Part shown: positions 60,321 through 64,000 of the stretch, piece after piece
Layout: every line of letters starts with the position of its first letter
Position numbering within the stretch: position 1 is the stretch's first letter
Virus record (IMG/VR): IMGVR_UViG_3300028591_000072
Span: 32,001-96,000 of that record
DNA from: a virus
Taxonomy: Duplodnaviria > Caudoviricetes
DNA: 64,000 bases
Direction: 5' to 3' (one strand)
Made by a program: the position numbers and the translations under genes
Notes under the pieces: model-generated
The model's database searches: none
Seen by the model: the letters and a program-made list of their open reading frames with translations, nothing else
What the model was told of the DNA's origin: nothing

Positions 60321-61298
60321 TCATATTAGCGTTTTAATATACCCATCAATCGCATTAATCAAACTTTCAATACTATTGTATATATAGGAAAAATAATTGT
60401 TTGGGATTTCTTTTTCAAATGACACATAAAACATTTTAATTCCATTTTTCATACAATTTATATATTTTGCCAAATCACGTTTTGATTGTAACAAATATCC
60501 ATTTTCACCGCCAAATCGTTCTAAAGGAATAAAATGTTGTCTACCTTGATACTCAATTCCTATTTTATAATCAGGAAGATAAAAATCAATAGAAGAAAAT
60601 GATGTTTTACTTTGTAACCACGGTTCTTTATGCTGATACTCAACTTTTCCGTATTTCTCAATTAGTGCGTTTAAAACGATTTTTTCACTTCTATTTAGTT
60701 TTCGTCCACATTCAGGACAGCCGCATCCGTGTAAATGGTCTAATGGCTTTTGATAAAATTCTCCATGCTCAGGGCATATTATACAAACCTTAATTCTATT
60801 ATTAATATATTCAACTTTAGAATAATCGTATTTTGTTCCGTGTGTTTCTATTGATTTTCTAATAAAAGAATCTGTTGTTCCTTTTTGATATAAGCCTTTT
60901 TTTGCATTTCCACATATTGGACATCCTTGCCCGCATAAATGTCTTTGTGGAGTCTGAATAAATTCACCATGTTCCGGACAAATAATTCTTATTTTTGAAG
61001 AAATTCCTTTATAGTCATTTTTAATGTAAGCATATTTGTAATTGTGTTTTTTATTTGCTTTTTCTTCAAACTCTTCAAAACTAATTCTTGGAGTATTTTT
61101 TCTTTCATAATAACATTTTGGGCATCCGCATCCACTAAGATGGTCATGCGGCGTTTGCGAAAAAATACCATGCTTTTTGCAAATAATTAGCACAGGTTTA
61201 TCTCTACCATCATATTCAACTTTTGAATAGTCATATAAATCACCATGCTTTATTTTTGATTTCTTTATAAATTCTTCTGTATTAGATTTTACCGGCAT
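60321..61298 (-). CDS. putative homing endonuclease (3 DUF723-like repeats + PD-(D/E)XK domain)
   Basis: YDYSKVEY...IIC..HG.F.Q.P..HL.G.GCP.C x3; IDFYLP...GIEYQGRQH. Confidence 0.8.
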   Translation of the reverse strand: MPVKSNTEEFIKKSKIKHGDLYDYSKVEYDGRDKPVLIICKKHGIFSQTPHDHLSGCGCPKCYYERKNTPRISFEEFEEKANKKHNYKYAYIKNDYKGISSKIRIICPEHGEFIQTPQRHLCGQGCPICGNAKKGLYQKGTTDSFIRKSIETHGTKYDYSKVEYINNRIKVCIICPEHGEFYQKPLDHLHGCGCPECGRKLNRSEKIVLNALIEKYGKVEYQHKEPWLQSKTSFSSIDFYLPDYKIGIEYQGRQHFIPLERFGGENGYLLQSKRDLAKYINCMKNGIKMFYVSFEKEIPNNYFSYIYNSIESLINAIDGYIKTLI

Positions 61299-61361
61299 TT
61301 GTTTTTATAAAAATAAACTAATTATAATAAATAGTAAATAACTTATTAAATACTGTTTTAT

Positions 61362-63512
61362 ATGATTATAGATTATGACTATTTAGCATTGGAATACACA
61401 AAATGTTATAAAGACAAAAGCCGTGTCTATATGATACAGCATTTTCTTAAAACGTATGATAACACAAAGAAAAAGGATGTTCCGTTTAACCTTTTTCCAA
61501 GGCAGCAAGATTTGTGCCGTGTATTAGGCGATGCAAATAACGTTGTTACCACAAAGCCAAGACAAGCAGGTATAACAACAACGGCAGGCGCTTTTATATC
61601 TTGTGAAATGGTACTTGCTGACAAAGATTCTCCACAAACAGTTTTGGCAATTGGTAACACATTGGACCTTGCTCAACAGATGTTGTTTAAAATAAGGGAC
61701 TTTTTATTGCAATTTCCTTTATGGATGTGGGGTGATGAATTCATGGATTTAGGATATGACCCGATGTCGCCCCCACCAAACAAAAATGTTATATTTGAAA
61801 TATGCAACTCGAAAGAATTGAAATTGAAAAATGGATGTAAGGTGGTTGCTCGTTCATCAGGTCCTGATGCATCAAGAGGTGTCGGTAAACAACACTGCCG
61901 ACTTGCAGCGTAAGTTGCAATGATGAAATCCCGTAAAATCGGTGAAACCTAAGTCAAAAACGATACGGCAATACCGAGGTAAGTTAGTGGATTGCGAAAG
62001 GCCACTAAACACCGTAGAGCGTAGAAAGTGAATAAATATAATCTTTCCAAGAGTGCGGGACCCCAAAATGGGTGAAAATGTACGCCAAACTTATGAGAAA
62101 TCATAAGAGTGCGATGATAAAAAACTTCGTAATTAATTAAATAATAGGGTGTTAACTGGCTTATCTTCGATGAGGCCGCATTTATTGAAAACGGTAATGA
62201 TGTTTACGCATCTGCATTACCTACAGTTTCAACGGGCGGACATATAATAATGATTTCAACCCCAAACGGTAAGGATATGCTTTACTACGAAACATGTAGA
62301 AAAGCAAAATTAAAAGGAACTGATGATTGGAACGCATTTGAATTGGTGGAATTAAAATGGTATCAAGACCCACGTTATAACAAATTCTTGGAATGGACAA
62401 AAAAAGACCAAGAAACAGGTGAGGTATTAATTGAAAAAGAGCCATTGCTTGATAAAGAAGGGAATATAGCATATGACCAAGAGCATTGGGACCAAATGAT
62501 TAATGACGGGTGGTCACCACGTTCACCTTGGTACATTAAAATGTGTCAACAATTCAACAACGATTCACAAAAGATTGCACAAGAGTTGGATGTTTCATTC
62601 TTGGGGTCAGCATCAAACGTTGTTGAGCCTGAATTCATTGAAATGCAAGAAAAACTAAATGTTAGGGACCCATTATATGTTGACCCTATGGTAGATGAAA
62701 CTTGGATATGGAAAGAGCCAATTCAGGGTCATAGATATATTATGGGAATAGACAACTCAAGAGGCGATGCAGCAGATAGAACAGCAATAGAAATACTTGA
62801 TATTGACGGAATTGATGATGACGGAACACCTTGTCTTGAACAAGTTCTAGAATACCACGGCAAAATGACGGGTGATGATGTCGGTGAACTTGCATATAGA
62901 TATGGAAAGATGTATGGAGATGCTTTTTGTGTTGTTGAATGTATTGGTGGAGTAGGTGACGCAACTGTGTTAATGCTTCTTAGGCTAAATTACCCTAATT
63001 TATACTATGATGACGCAGATTTGAACAAATACACAATGCAACGTGACGCTTCTTCGTTAAAAGCCACAGAAGATGGCAAATTGCCAGGTTTCCATAGTAA
63101 TGCAGTTAGATTCCAAATGTTAACAGCATTTGCAAATATGGTTAAAACAAACCAAATTAAAATTAGGTCAAAACGTGTAATTGCAGAATTGGATACGTGG
63201 ATTTACAAGGGCCCAACGGCAAAGATAGACCACCAAGACGGATGTCACGATGACACACTTACTTGTTTGTCAATGACAACTTTTGTATTGAATTTCTCTA
63301 TGAAAAAATTTATAGCAGCAAAAGAAAAAGACAAAGCCATATTAAAAGCATGGACAGCAAGTGCAACACTTACAGCGTCAACTCCAACACATAACATTAA
63401 GGTTACAAGTGAAATAACAGTAGAGCCCAAAAAGAATTATCAAATGCCGTTCTATACAAATAAAGACCTTAAAAACGATAAATTTAGCCCATATAGATGG
63501 CTTATTGTTTAA
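61362..63512 (+). CDS. terL: terminase large subunit (T4 gp17-like), two exons 61362-61886 + 62148-63512, about 629 aa
   Basis: KPRQAGITT; spliced RGVG|GVNWLIFDEAAF Walker B; ISTPNG; GIDNSRG; HDD. Confidence 0.92.
61887..62147 (+). ncRNA. group I intron (261 nt, no ORF)
   Basis: Exon ends in U and intron ends in G; P1 GUCGGU/GCCGAC with U-G at the splice site; P10 AACACU/GGUGUU; P3 UCCCGU/GCGGGA; P7 GCGUA/UACGC; splicing restores the frame. Confidence 0.9.
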
Positions 63513-63527
63513 AAAAAATTAATTTTT

Positions 63528-64000
63528 ATGAATGATGATGAAATAAAGAAAATAATAAAAGAAGAACTTGGTGTTTCAAATGAAGTTATAAACATATCGA
63601 AAGACATTTTGAAGATGTGTATTGAACGAATAAAAGGCGCAAAAGTTGTTGAAAAAAACGATATTCTGATAAAAAAATCGTTTAATTTTAATTATAAGAT
63701 AAATGACAGTAACATATCAATAACCGTATATCATAGAAATTTTTTGAATAATGATTTGTTCATGCTGGATGGTAATGAATACATAACAAACGGTGCGTCC
63801 ATTTTAGTGGCAAAAAATCATTCAATGTGCATATTAAACATTTTTTCAGTTTGTGGAACATTGCAAACCGAAAAGGCAATGGAGACAATACAGCATGAAG
63901 TGGAGCATATTTACCAAACGATTATGATGGGTAAAAATTTTGGAGGCGAAATAATGTATGCGAAGATTAAGACGGATTTGGAAAGCGATGATAATGACGA
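63528..64000 (+). CDS. HExxH-containing protein, runs off window end
   Basis: MNDDEIKKIIKEE... QHEVEH in frame. Confidence 0.6.
   Translation, partial: MNDDEIKKIIKEELGVSNEVINISKDILKMCIERIKGAKVVEKNDILIKKSFNFNYKINDSNISITVYHRNFLNNDLFMLDGNEYITNGASILVAKNHSMCILNIFSVCGTLQTEKAMETIQHEVEHIYQTIMMGKNFGGEIMYAKIKTDLESDDND

Larger units (their letters stand above)
6864..61335. promoter_or_regulatory. putative late promoter motif ACTATTTAT (13 exact + 2 variant copies)
   Basis: Sense-strand copies shortly before start codons: + at 6864, 20483, 23518, 30046, 31038, 39523, 39923, 41650, 45714, 51136, 55053 (variants 43375, 49383); - at 36725-36733 and 61327-61335. Confidence 0.75.

Noticed and set aside
213-63430. 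Numerous antisense or overlapping ORFs in the track (e.g. 213..587, 1834..2376, 36227..36772, 44051..44692)
   Set aside because: Shadow frames opposite well-supported genes, with no motifs or promoter context
1-64000. Stop-codon reassignment as in Lak megaphages
   Set aside because: Long genes are intact in code 11, and the breaks in terL and clpB are explained by an intron and a split intein

Overview
64 kb segment of an AT-rich, T4-like-morphogenesis jumbo phage using the standard genetic code. The host is most likely Bacteroidota (SD-less A-rich leaders, Bacteroidota-like CRISPR repeat ends; inference). From left to right: (1) 1-5.3 kb, small minus-strand genes almost each preceded by a sigma54-type (-24/-12) promoter motif; (2) 9.5-18.1 kb, a phage-encoded defence island with cas3, a 20-repeat CRISPR array, cas5fv-like, cas7fv-like and cas6, followed by a Dam-type methylase and a restriction-endonuclease-like gene; (3) accessory and host-takeover genes: amidase, Hsp20, a TnpB element, IF-1, AAA ATPase, intein-containing UvrD, glycosyltransferase, a second Dam, and a ClpB/ClpC gene fractured by an atypically split intein with a nuclease gene between the halves; (4) head module with intein-containing prohead protease, scaffold and gp23-like major capsid protein, then fibre genes, a Tad2/DUF2829 fusion and a large terminase interrupted by a group I intron. 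The strongest candidate for an undescribed system is the CRISPR locus. It is a Cas8-less, Cas1/Cas2-less chimera of I-F2 (I-Fv)-like Cas7/Cas5 with a non-I-F Cas6 and a stand-alone HD-Cas3. Its 36/30-bp array has ends resembling the Bacteroidota type II-C repeat, which suggests it borrows host II-C adaptation machinery. All family assignments are by eye from motifs; no searches were run.
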